The notes under the pieces were generated by a model. That model was not told where the DNA came from. It searched no databases and saw nothing but the letters and a program-made list of their open reading frames with translations. Both the position numbers and the translations under genes were made by a program. A stretch of DNA of 64,000 bases from assembly GCA_002423965.1 (NCBI GenBank), contig DIOR01000006.1, positions 21,165 through 85,164 of the forward strand. The letters are read 5' to 3'. This document shows positions 9,058-17,332 of the stretch, in pieces (positions within the stretch are counted from its first letter, which is position 1; every line of letters starts with the position of its first letter). Source of the DNA: Firmicutes bacterium UBA5509 (GTDB lineage: Bacteria > Bacillota > Proteinivoracia > UBA4975).

Positions 9058-10349
9058 AATTCCCCATTTCCACTGAGCTTGATGATATCCATTAAATCCT
9101 CGGCAATATGGACAGTCTTGTCCAATGTATGGGCCAGCTTCTCCTGGGTCCAGTCATCCAGAAAACAGCCTGCTCGGACAGCGGCCTCAGGAACTACTAG
9201 CCCATCCCAGGTGTCAGAAACAGAGCTTACAGCCCGAGAGATGTCGGCACCTGCCAGCAGCCCAGCCACTGAGATCTCGGGCCCCAAAAAGTAGTTCTCC
9301 ACGGCAAGAACTTTTATATTAAGACCGGGGCGAACTCCAACTATAATGTCGCTGACAACCTCCATAGTTGCCCGTGCAGCTTTGCCAGTAACCAGAAGCA
9401 GCCTATAGGGTGGGACATGCAATTTAGGCAGATTTCGCAGTGCTTCGGCTTGAAGCAAAGTTTTCCTTATCAAGCCCACGCCGTTTTCCAGTTGGGGGTA
9501 ATCCTCGTAGTATTCCTCCTCTGGGACTGGCAGCTCGGCTTTGACATAAAACTCATCCGCCCCATAGACTACCCGGCGGCCTTGTTGGGTAATAAACATC
9601 TCTTGAAAGCGATCAATAATCTCTATAGTTCTTGCGGCAGATTCCCTGTCTACTGCAATTAAGGGAGTGAGGTCCTTTCTGTACTTTGTCAGCCCCACTG
9701 GCACCACTGCCAGAGAAAGGAGGGACTCCCCCAGGGAAGAGAGATCAGCTATAGTCTTTACCAGCTGTTGGTCATCGTTGATACCGGGGCAGAGGACGAT
9801 TTGACAATGAAAAGCAATTCCCTCAGCAGCAAAGCGCCGGAGAATGCCGCTGATGTCACTGGAGCTCTTCCGGCCCAGTAGCTGGCCCCGAATATGGGGG
9901 TCTGTTGAATGGACAGAAATATATAAGGGGGATAATTTCTCCCTGATGATTCGTGTAATATCCTCTTCCTGCAAATTAGTAAGGGAAATATAGTTGCCTT
10001 CCAAGAACGACAGCCGGTAATCATCGTCTTTTATGTATAATGTCTTGCGAAGGCCGGGAGGCTGCTGGTCAATAAAGCAAAAGAGACAATTATTTTGGCA
10101 GTGGCGAGGCGGTATTTCTACCTCTAGGCCAATATCTTCGTCATACCCCTTTTCAATTTCAAAATCAATCAGTTTTCCCGATGTTGTCCTCACCCTAATT
10201 GCAAGTTCTTCACCGGTACTATGAAAGAAATAATCGATAATATCCCTAGCCTGTGAACCATTAAGAGATATAATTTCATCCCCGGGCTTCAACCGCAGTT
10301 GCTGGCCGATGCTGCCGGGCTTGACACTTTTTATCTTTAACACTAGCAC
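9054..10349 (-). CDS. DUF512-family protein (PDZ plus radical-SAM-like core)
   Basis: N-terminal PDZ-like segment followed by CQNNCLFCF. This family is conserved upstream of der in Clostridia. Confidence 0.7.
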   Translation of the reverse strand: MLVLKIKSVKPGSIGQQLRLKPGDEIISLNGSQARDIIDYFFHSTGEELAIRVRTTSGKLIDFEIEKGYDEDIGLEVEIPPRHCQNNCLFCFIDQQPPGLRKTLYIKDDDYRLSFLEGNYISLTNLQEEDITRIIREKLSPLYISVHSTDPHIRGQLLGRKSSSDISGILRRFAAEGIAFHCQIVLCPGINDDQQLVKTIADLSSLGESLLSLAVVPVGLTKYRKDLTPLIAVDRESAARTIEIIDRFQEMFITQQGRRVVYGADEFYVKAELPVPEEEYYEDYPQLENGVGLIRKTLLQAEALRNLPKLHVPPYRLLLVTGKAARATMEVVSDIIVGVRPGLNIKVLAVENYFLGPEISVAGLLAGADISRAVSSVSDTWDGLVVPEAAVRAGCFLDDWTQEKLAHTLDKTVHIAEDLMDIIKLSGNGEL

Positions 10350-10380
10350 ACCTCCGGAGTCAAGCTTATATAATTATACT

Positions 10381-10818
10381 TTAACTTCCCTTGGCATGCA
10401 AAACCAGGGCATAGATTTTGTCTAGATTTTTGTGAATCCCTCTGGCCGCCAGGTTGCGGCCTAACTCTTTAAATCCCTTGAACCTTGAAATAAAGCCGCC
10501 AATGCGGGTGAGAAGATTAATACACTGTAGACAATCCACGGATTTATAATGCAGATCTACTTGCATTTTTTTTGTCAGGCAGTCTGCAAAGCGGGGAAAG
10601 ATTTTGCTGCCAGAGCCCACTCCCACAAAACATACCGGGTTGCCGTGACAGTAACCTGCAAGCACTGGCACCCCCATGTCCGGGTTTTGAAGAACGTCAA
10701 AGTATTCTAAGCTTAAGATCTCTTCGACATTTGCGGAAGGCTGTAATCTATTTAAATGTAGGGCTGCAGCTACACAGGACAAATGCGCTCCCCGATAGCA
10801 GTGATAGTAGAAAATCAT
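10381..10818 (-). CDS. DUF3189-like protein (paralogue 1)
   Basis: N-terminus IFYYHCYRGAHLSCVAAALHL shares the (I)YHCYxGAHSS…AAAxH motif with the adjacent gene. Confidence 0.5.
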   Translation of the reverse strand: MIFYYHCYRGAHLSCVAAALHLNRLQPSANVEEILSLEYFDVLQNPDMGVPVLAGYCHGNPVCFVGVGSGSKIFPRFADCLTKKMQVDLHYKSVDCLQCINLLTRIGGFISRFKGFKELGRNLAARGIHKNLDKIYALVLHAKGS

Positions 10819-11309
10819 TGACCTTTCTGCTCCCTCTTTTTAAGCTTCCATTCGGTTTCTTCAACCAGAGCCACTATTTGTTTGTATGCCAACTGAGTCC
10901 CCCAGCTAACCAGGGGTCTACCGACAAAAGTCAGGCCTAACTTCCTGGAGCATATACCGCCAATTACCATTAGTGTGTTGATTACCTCCCGGGTTTCGAC
11001 ATAGGTAACCTTTCCCCTTTCCACTTTCCCCAAAGCAAACAAATTTTTAACAGCCTTAATCACCGGAGTGGATGCAGTTTCAAAACCCACTGAGAAAACC
11101 ATGGACCCATCCGGGGCTTTCCCCATGTATTGCAGAAATCCATGGTCATCGGCTTTTTGGGTATCGAAAAAGGGCAGGCTGTTTAATTCCTGCCTGCTAG
11201 GAGTCTTATACCTTGACAGCAGTCCCCCGTGGACTGCTGCTGCGGTAACTGAGGAATGAGCTCCTCCATAACAATGATATATAATAAGTCGGGGGATAGT
11301 TAACACCAC
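10815..11309 (-). CDS. DUF3189-like protein (paralogue 2)
   Basis: N-terminus LIIYHCYGGAHSSVTAAAVHGGLL. It is a tandem paralogue of the 10381..10818 gene, with overlapping stop and start. Confidence 0.5.
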   Translation of the reverse strand: MVLTIPRLIIYHCYGGAHSSVTAAAVHGGLLSRYKTPSRQELNSLPFFDTQKADDHGFLQYMGKAPDGSMVFSVGFETASTPVIKAVKNLFALGKVERGKVTYVETREVINTLMVIGGICSRKLGLTFVGRPLVSWGTQLAYKQIVALVEETEWKLKKREQKGQ

Positions 11310-11363
11310 CCACTATGAATTAAAGGCATCGGGCGAAAGTTGTCGAAATTAATGATTGCCCGG

Positions 11364-11576
11364 TCAATGGCGAACGATAATCAGCATTCCGTTTTCCATG
11401 TCATGAACCATACCCCCGGTGATTCTCGATAAGTACATTGCTATTTGCTGCTGTTCCTTGACATCTTTGGCTACATATACCGGACCTGAACCCCCGGAAA
11501 TCACATATTGGCTTGCTTCGACAAGGACAACAGTTGCCAGGATGACCTTATCTAGGGGTGTCATGGTAATCCTCAC
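11364..11576 (-). CDS. Capping complex subunit for YIEGIA (small partner protein)
   Basis: 70-aa protein encoded immediately downstream of, and overlapping, the YIEGIA gene. This is the conserved pairing seen in Firmicutes. Confidence 0.55.
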   Translation of the reverse strand: MRITMTPLDKVILATVVLVEASQYVISGGSGPVYVAKDVKEQQQIAMYLSRITGGMVHDMENGMLIIVRH

Positions 11577-12480
11577 GCTCCCTGCCGGCGAAAGATTTGC
11601 TTGGCTTGGCCATTGCCCCTTCCAGGACAGGGGATCTTTTTACAGCTGCAATTAAGGCCTGGGGATCACCACTGCCAGGGATGATAAGCACCCCTAAATT
11701 ACCGCTTTTTATATGCCGTCGCATTAGGGGAGTGAATTCAGGAGTGTCAACATCTTTATAGACTCCCAGCAACTTGGCACAAATATGGATAACAGCCTGT
11801 CGCTGTCCAGGATTAGCTAAGGTTGCAGATGCATCAATATCCTTTGGCTCAATTACTAGACCCAGTGCCTTATTCAAGTATTCTTCCTTGGCTTCTTCCA
11901 GCCCTATGTTCATAAAATGGATGTCATCTACAAAGACATTTGGACCTTGAAAGTGTACCTTGCCCAGGCGAATATCTGCTAAATCTTCCAGGCGTTTGTC
12001 CGGGAAGACAAAGTTAATGAAAAAGTAAATGAGCACTGTAACTACCCCTAGGATGACAATCCTTAGAAAGATTGTTTGGGATTGCAGAAATGTCAAATCT
12101 ATAGCAGAAAGGGTCAGGGTGCATGCAATTATTATGTAATTCCGAGCCTCAAAGGTGCGAGCGATTCCCTCTATATAATGTCGACCCCGGGGCACCAGTT
12201 CAATTATATCCAGAGAGGCTAAAGATTCTCTCTCTAAATTCCGGATTTCTCGAAATTGTTGGGCAGCCATGGCCAAAAAGGTCACTGCAACAAATTCTTC
12301 TTCCAAGAGAGCTGGCCATGCCACTGCGCCCAGAGCTGCTGCGACAAATCCCATGGAAAGATGGGAGATGTAGCCATGGGGATAAGTAGGATATTGGCGG
12401 TAATCTGAACGCAAAATAAGTAAGCGCAGTATCCCCCCTAGGGAAGCTGTAAGGACAATGCCGAAAAAATATGGCCTCAT
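11548..12480 (-). CDS. YIEGIA family protein (B. subtilis YphB-like)
   Basis: Contains the literal motif RGRHYIEGIARTFE plus a C-terminal membrane segment. Located between der and rpsA, as yphB is in B. subtilis. Confidence 0.75.
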   Translation of the reverse strand: MRPYFFGIVLTASLGGILRLLILRSDYRQYPTYPHGYISHLSMGFVAAALGAVAWPALLEEEFVAVTFLAMAAQQFREIRNLERESLASLDIIELVPRGRHYIEGIARTFEARNYIIIACTLTLSAIDLTFLQSQTIFLRIVILGVVTVLIYFFINFVFPDKRLEDLADIRLGKVHFQGPNVFVDDIHFMNIGLEEAKEEYLNKALGLVIEPKDIDASATLANPGQRQAVIHICAKLLGVYKDVDTPEFTPLMRRHIKSGNLGVLIIPGSGDPQALIAAVKRSPVLEGAMAKPSKSFAGREREDYHDTPR

Positions 12481-13151
12481 CTTTGGGGGCCTTTTTTGTC
12501 TTTATTCTTTTCCCTGCGCTTATCATCCAGCCAAGTAACTTTATTGGCTGAATCCGGTGCCACCAATTCCCTTGCTTCTCCGAAGATTTCAGCGCATCCA
12601 ACACCGATAATCCCCGCTACTAGGGATGAATCCAGGATCCCCCCTCCCAGTTGGTAGAAGTGGGTCAGGGGAATCTGCCCTAAGAGTATTATTACATCTG
12701 CCACAATTACCCCCATCATTCCACCCACAAAGGCCGACCGTCTCGAGCGGCCAGCCAAGTAGCCTATAATGCCTGCGGCTATGCCATAAGCGTATAAGGG
12801 CTCAATAAACATCGCCCCCGGCTCCTGGGGGAGAACCCAATCAAGGACAAGCACTGTTATTGCCGTAGCGGCAATAGCCAAGCTACCCCTAACCTGTTCA
12901 CGAAATGTACCAGCTGTCCCAATAAGGTAGATGGAAAGCCCCAGGGGAATCAGTGTGCTGCCCAAGTTTATCCGAATCATGCCAACTGTCACTTCCGGCA
13001 GCCAGGTGCCAAGGGCAAGTAGAGCAATGATGATTATAGCTGCTCTGTCCGATAGGCGCATTCTGTCCAAGGTTCTCTGGAGTAAGCCCAAGTAAATAAT
13101 AACTGCCAGTATTGTCAGCAACCAAGTACTCATTTCATCCCACCCTTCCAC
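12477..13151 (-). CDS. Polytopic membrane protein (YphA-like)
   Basis: Five to six hydrophobic helices with a basic C-terminal tail. Translationally coupled to the YIEGIA gene. Confidence 0.5.
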   Translation of the reverse strand: MEGWDEMSTWLLTILAVIIYLGLLQRTLDRMRLSDRAAIIIIALLALGTWLPEVTVGMIRINLGSTLIPLGLSIYLIGTAGTFREQVRGSLAIAATAITVLVLDWVLPQEPGAMFIEPLYAYGIAAGIIGYLAGRSRRSAFVGGMMGVIVADVIILLGQIPLTHFYQLGGGILDSSLVAGIIGVGCAEIFGEARELVAPDSANKVTWLDDKRREKNKDKKGPQR

Positions 13152-13189
13152 CGGTTCTCATTCTATCTTTTCCTCATCTCATCAACAGT

Positions 13190-13222
13190 ATTCCCAATAA
13201 AAAAGAGGCTAGTTGCCTCGTC
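13190..13222 (-). terminator. Rho-independent terminator after fni
   Basis: Hairpin gaggc-tagtt-gcctc, with a U-run on the minus strand (plus-strand aaaaaa). Confidence 0.55.
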
Positions 13223-14270
13223 GAGAATAAAATTGAGGGTCTATTCCTCTCTGCTCAATTAGTTCTTTAAACCTACCAGTGACTGCCAAGGGGACCTGAG
13301 CCAATTCGGGCAAGGTTCTTTTTCCCATAAGGGCCATGCCCACTCGTACTTGATGCAGATAGTCTTCCAGGTATTTTTCCCCTTGTGCCAATCCCTTGCT
13401 CAACTGCCGAAGAATCCCACCGGCACTACCCACTGCCACGGCCCCAAGACACAGGCACTTAAGGGCTCTAATTCCGTCATCCACACCCCCGGAAGCAAGA
13501 ACCTGTATATTAGGACCATTATGTACGACATCTGCCACGCAAATCGGTGTTGGCAATCCCCAGGCAGTAAAAGGCTTCCACCAGGATGAAGGATTGCGGC
13601 AGCCCTCAATCCAGGCAAAATTGGTTCCCCCCCAGCCGCTGACATCAATCGCCTTAACTCCAGCACCGGCAAGGCTAGTAGCCGCCTTGGCGCTAATTCC
13701 AAAACCCACTTCTTTGATGATAACTGGCACAGAAACCGTGGCACAGATTTCCGCCACATTCTCCAGTAGGTTTACTTCTACCGGATCCCCCTCAGCCATA
13801 ATAAATTCCTGGGCTGGATTGAGGAATAGTTGTAGGATTTGGGCATCTATCATCTCCACTGCCCCTTGTGCCTGTTTGACGCTGGCGGTGGCAGGGAGGT
13901 TGGCGATTAATAGTCCTTGAGGATTGTATTTTCGCGCCACCTGGTAAGTAAACCTTAGGCTTGAATTATTTAGGCTGGCCACCTGTGACCCCACAGCCAT
14001 AGGCAAGGAAAATTTTTTGGCCAATATTGCCAGCTGACGGTTTACAAGTTCGCTAATCAGGGCCCCACCGGTAATGGCATTGATATACAGAGGAGTCTTG
14101 ACTATAATACCGCAGATATTTGTGGAGAGGTCAGTGTCTGTGGGATTAATGGTAGTCAGGCAATTGTGGGGCAAATGAATATCCCCATAGAGGGCAGTAA
14201 AAGAACATCTGAATCTTTGAGAAGCAAGACTCAGATGTTCTTTTTTCCGATTTAACCGGAACTTATTCAT
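13209..14270 (-). CDS. fni: Type 2 isopentenyl-diphosphate delta-isomerase (FMN-dependent)
   Basis: TIM-barrel FMN oxidoreductase pattern: NRKKEHLSLA near the N-terminus, GGTNFAWIE, ASGGVDDGIRALKCLCLGAVAVGSAG. Start moved to the internal ATG (MNKFRL) so that it no longer overlaps ispH-rpsA by 115 nt. Confidence 0.7.
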   Translation of the reverse strand: MNKFRLNRKKEHLSLASQRFRCSFTALYGDIHLPHNCLTTINPTDTDLSTNICGIIVKTPLYINAITGGALISELVNRQLAILAKKFSLPMAVGSQVASLNNSSLRFTYQVARKYNPQGLLIANLPATASVKQAQGAVEMIDAQILQLFLNPAQEFIMAEGDPVEVNLLENVAEICATVSVPVIIKEVGFGISAKAATSLAGAGVKAIDVSGWGGTNFAWIEGCRNPSSWWKPFTAWGLPTPICVADVVHNGPNIQVLASGGVDDGIRALKCLCLGAVAVGSAGGILRQLSKGLAQGEKYLEDYLHQVRVGMALMGKRTLPELAQVPLAVTGRFKELIEQRGIDPQFYSRRGN

Positions 14271-16353
14271 CCTCTTGGTCAAAGAGATTACCAAGGCGTT
14301 CGCCAATTGTGGCGCCAATGGAGACTTCCTGAGGTGCTTCTTCCCTGAAAGTCTTTTTCCCACCCCGGAAGGCGGCATCCCGCATGCTCAAGCTGACTCT
14401 TTTTGCTTGCACATCAATGTCTAGGATGGTTACCTTGACAATTTGGCCGGTGGCCAAGACGTCTGAAGGTTTTTCAACGTGGTCATCAGAAATCTGTGAC
14501 ACGTGAACCAAACCGTCGACTCCTGGGATTAGTTCCACAAAGGCTCCGAAATCTGCTAAGCGGACTACTTTACCCTCTACCTCTTCCCCGGCCTTAAACT
14601 TTTTGGCAACTTCTGTCCAGGGGTCTGGGAGAATCTTCTTAAGGCTTAGTGAGACCCGCTCTGCGTCGGGATCTACCTTGAGCACATAGACATCTATTTG
14701 CTGGTCCTCTTTTAGTACTTCACTGGGATGTTCTACCCGGTGGTGTGCCAGCTCAGAAATATGAATCAGGCCATCAATGCCACCGATATCAACAAAAGCA
14801 CCAAAGTTGGTTAGGCGGCGAACTATACCTTTGACAGTAGTGCCTGCCTTAAGGGTGGTCAGGGTTTCTGCTTTTTGGGCTTCAGTTTCCTGCATTAGTT
14901 GAGCCTTACGGGAAACAATGACCTTGTTGCGGCGGCGTTCCAGCTCGATAACTAATACGTCAACGGTCTGGCCCACAAACTGGCTGAGGTCTTCGACAAA
15001 GCGCAGGTCCACTAAGGAAGCAGGCATGAAAGCTCTAAGGCCTAAATCCACAATGAGGCCACCCTTGACAACTTCCACTACTTCTCCGGCAACAGGGGTC
15101 TGATTGTCAAAGGCTTCTTTAACAATCTTCCAGGCTTTGCTTTGGGCAAGCTTGCGCACTGAAAGTTCAAGCAAGTCTTCGGTAAGCCTAGTGACTTCCG
15201 CTTCTATTTCTTCGTCGACACTGACTAGTTCAGCACAGTTTTCGACTTTGCGGAATGATAATTCCTCTTTGCGGATAGTGCCTTCCAGCTTGTAGCCCAC
15301 ATCTACCAGGACTTCTTCTGGATTGACTTGAACGACCTTGCCAACGACTATATCGCCAACCGCTATGGGTTTAGGTTCCGTTTCTAAAATTTCGTTGGAG
15401 TCCTCCACTACTTCCTCGACGTCTTCCACTACTTCCTTGACGTCTTCAATTACTTCTTCGACAACTTCCTTTTCTTCTTCGAGGTCAGTCTTGACTTCTT
15501 CGACGCCCTCATTACTAGTTTCCATCACCAAATCCACAACCTCCCTTATAATCCATTCCGGAGTCGATGCCCCTGCAGCAATGCCAACAGTAGAGACATT
15601 GCGCAACCAATGGGAATCAATATTATGTACTGATTGTATATGATGTGTTTCGACACCGGATTGCTTGCATATGGCAACTAACTTGCCTGTATTGGCGCTG
15701 TTTTTGCCACCAATAACTAACATGAGATCGCTCTTCTTTGCCAGTTCGGCAACTTCACTTTGCCGATCCCGGGTAGATGAGCAGATAGTATTGTGTACTT
15801 CTATATCTTGAAACTGCTCCCCCAGAACCGCTATTATTCTTTTAAGCTGTTCTTGATCAAAGGTGGTTTGAACAACCACAGTTACTGGCAGGTCGCTGTG
15901 GATTTGGCGGGCAGATTCCTCGTCATCAATTATAGACACATTGCTGGGGGCCCTTCCCAAAATCCCTTGAACCTCTGGATGGCTGGCATCGCCAACAATA
16001 ATCAAAAAGCGATTTTCCAGAGAGTCGACGATGGTATGAATCCTACTGACGAAGGGGCAGGTAGCGTCAATGATATTTTTTCCTGTGGCTTGTAGAGCCG
16101 ATAATACTGCCGGACTGACCCCATGGGATCTAACTACTATTGTATCCTCGGGGGCATCTTCAACAGAATCTAAAGCCCTAATTCCCTTATCAGCAAGATG
16201 CTTGATCATCTCAGCATTATGAACAAGGGGGCCAAGGGTAGCTACATGACCAGGCTCACCCTTGCCATGTTCTAAGGTCAAATTGACGGCCCGCTGCACC
16301 CCAGGACAAAATCCAGCAAATTTCGATACGATTACTTCCATGGTCTCCTCCAA
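14263..16353 (-). CDS. ispH-rpsA: Bifunctional 4-hydroxy-3-methylbut-2-enyl diphosphate reductase (IspH) / 30S ribosomal protein S1
   Basis: N-terminal IspH (CPGVQRAVN…HN…CSSTRDRQ) is joined through an acidic EEV-repeat linker to four S1 domains. This is the fusion known in Clostridia. Confidence 0.9.
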   Translation of the reverse strand: MEETMEVIVSKFAGFCPGVQRAVNLTLEHGKGEPGHVATLGPLVHNAEMIKHLADKGIRALDSVEDAPEDTIVVRSHGVSPAVLSALQATGKNIIDATCPFVSRIHTIVDSLENRFLIIVGDASHPEVQGILGRAPSNVSIIDDEESARQIHSDLPVTVVVQTTFDQEQLKRIIAVLGEQFQDIEVHNTICSSTRDRQSEVAELAKKSDLMLVIGGKNSANTGKLVAICKQSGVETHHIQSVHNIDSHWLRNVSTVGIAAGASTPEWIIREVVDLVMETSNEGVEEVKTDLEEEKEVVEEVIEDVKEVVEDVEEVVEDSNEILETEPKPIAVGDIVVGKVVQVNPEEVLVDVGYKLEGTIRKEELSFRKVENCAELVSVDEEIEAEVTRLTEDLLELSVRKLAQSKAWKIVKEAFDNQTPVAGEVVEVVKGGLIVDLGLRAFMPASLVDLRFVEDLSQFVGQTVDVLVIELERRRNKVIVSRKAQLMQETEAQKAETLTTLKAGTTVKGIVRRLTNFGAFVDIGGIDGLIHISELAHHRVEHPSEVLKEDQQIDVYVLKVDPDAERVSLSLKKILPDPWTEVAKKFKAGEEVEGKVVRLADFGAFVELIPGVDGLVHVSQISDDHVEKPSDVLATGQIVKVTILDIDVQAKRVSLSMRDAAFRGGKKTFREEAPQEVSIGATIGERLGNLFDQEDE

Positions 16354-16368
16354 GTCTTCACCATACCA

Positions 16369-17067
16369 TTATAGCTCATTTCTGCCCTCTTGACAAAGTC
16401 CTTTGATTTGCGCCAATACCAATTTTACGATTTCCTCAATTTCTAAGCCGGAAGTATCTATCTCAATAGCGTCCTTGGCCTTGCACAGAGGGGCATATTC
16501 CCGAGAAGAGTCCAGTTGGTCACGCTTTTGCATATCCGCCAAAACCGTAGCCTGATCAATTGCAATACCCTTACTAAGTAATTCTTTGTACCTACGCCTT
16601 GCCCGCACTTCTGGAGAAGCAGATAAAAAGAATTTGTAATCTGCGTTGGGAAGGACAACAGTGCCAATATCCCTACCCTCCATAACTACATTCCGAGAAC
16701 TAGCCATCTGCTGTTGAAGAGAGGTAAGGCCTTGGCGAATTTGGGGCAGGGCTGCGACATAGGAAACCGTTCCCGTAACCTCCTGGCTGCGGATAGCCTC
16801 AGTGATATCTCTTAAACCATGGAAGATGCGCAATTCTTCTCCGGCGAAAATAAAAGAAAAGTCAGCAGTATCAGTAATAGCCATCATTTCTTGCTGATGG
16901 GCGGAATCGATTGGAATCCCCTGCTCTAGAGCAAGTAAGGTGACCCCTCGGTACATTGCCCCGGTATCAACATATGTAAACCCCAACTGCCTGGCAACTG
17001 CCTTGGAGATTGTGCTCTTGCCAACGCCAGCGGGACCATCAAAAACAACCGATACGGTATCCCCCAT
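16369..17067 (-). CDS. cmk: Cytidylate kinase
   Basis: GPAGVGKSTISKAVARQLGFTYVDTGAMYR. Confidence 0.95.
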   Translation of the reverse strand: MGDTVSVVFDGPAGVGKSTISKAVARQLGFTYVDTGAMYRGVTLLALEQGIPIDSAHQQEMMAITDTADFSFIFAGEELRIFHGLRDITEAIRSQEVTGTVSYVAALPQIRQGLTSLQQQMASSRNVVMEGRDIGTVVLPNADYKFFLSASPEVRARRRYKELLSKGIAIDQATVLADMQKRDQLDSSREYAPLCKAKDAIEIDTSGLEIEEIVKLVLAQIKGLCQEGRNEL

Positions 17068-17142
17068 CTCTTCCCCTCCCTACTCTAACAAAATACTAGT
17101 TCGACGTATTTGCTAACTAATCCTGCCTATTGCTCCACTATC

Positions 17143-17307
17143 TTATAGCCCGGAGTAATTATATACAGCACCCTCTAGTCGGTTAAGTAATATTACTACA
17201 TCCGACCCGAGAGAGTATTTCCCTAACAGCTGAAAGATAACCAAAAAACATGCCAGAAGTAGAAAGGCTTTAATTAAAAAGCATTCGATTTTATCCAGTA
17301 TGGTCAT
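17143..17307 (-). CDS. Small hydrophobic protein (about 54 aa, YpfB-like position)
   Basis: AGGTGA ribosome-binding site 5 nt before the ATG. A single transmembrane helix (FLLLACFLVIFQLL). Located between the glyS-like gene and cmk. Confidence 0.4.
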   Translation of the reverse strand: MTILDKIECFLIKAFLLLACFLVIFQLLGKYSLGSDVVILLNRLEGAVYNYSGL

Positions 17308-17332
17308 TTTTCTTTCACCTGAATTCACTATA

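Noticed and set aside
12200-12604. 134-aa minus-strand ORF overlapping the YIEGIA and membrane-protein genes
   Set aside because: It is an alternative frame inside two coupled, homology-supported genes and has no independent support.
13396-13920. 174-aa plus-strand ORF (and other plus-strand ORFs at 5467, 8339, 9079, 29487, 29922, 35014, 40756, 47718 etc.)
   Set aside because: These lie entirely inside well-supported minus-strand genes (fni, spoIVA, der, floA, nfeD, prmA, spoIIP and others). They are Pro/Ser/Ala-rich antisense translations of GC-rich coding DNA with no ribosome-binding sites.
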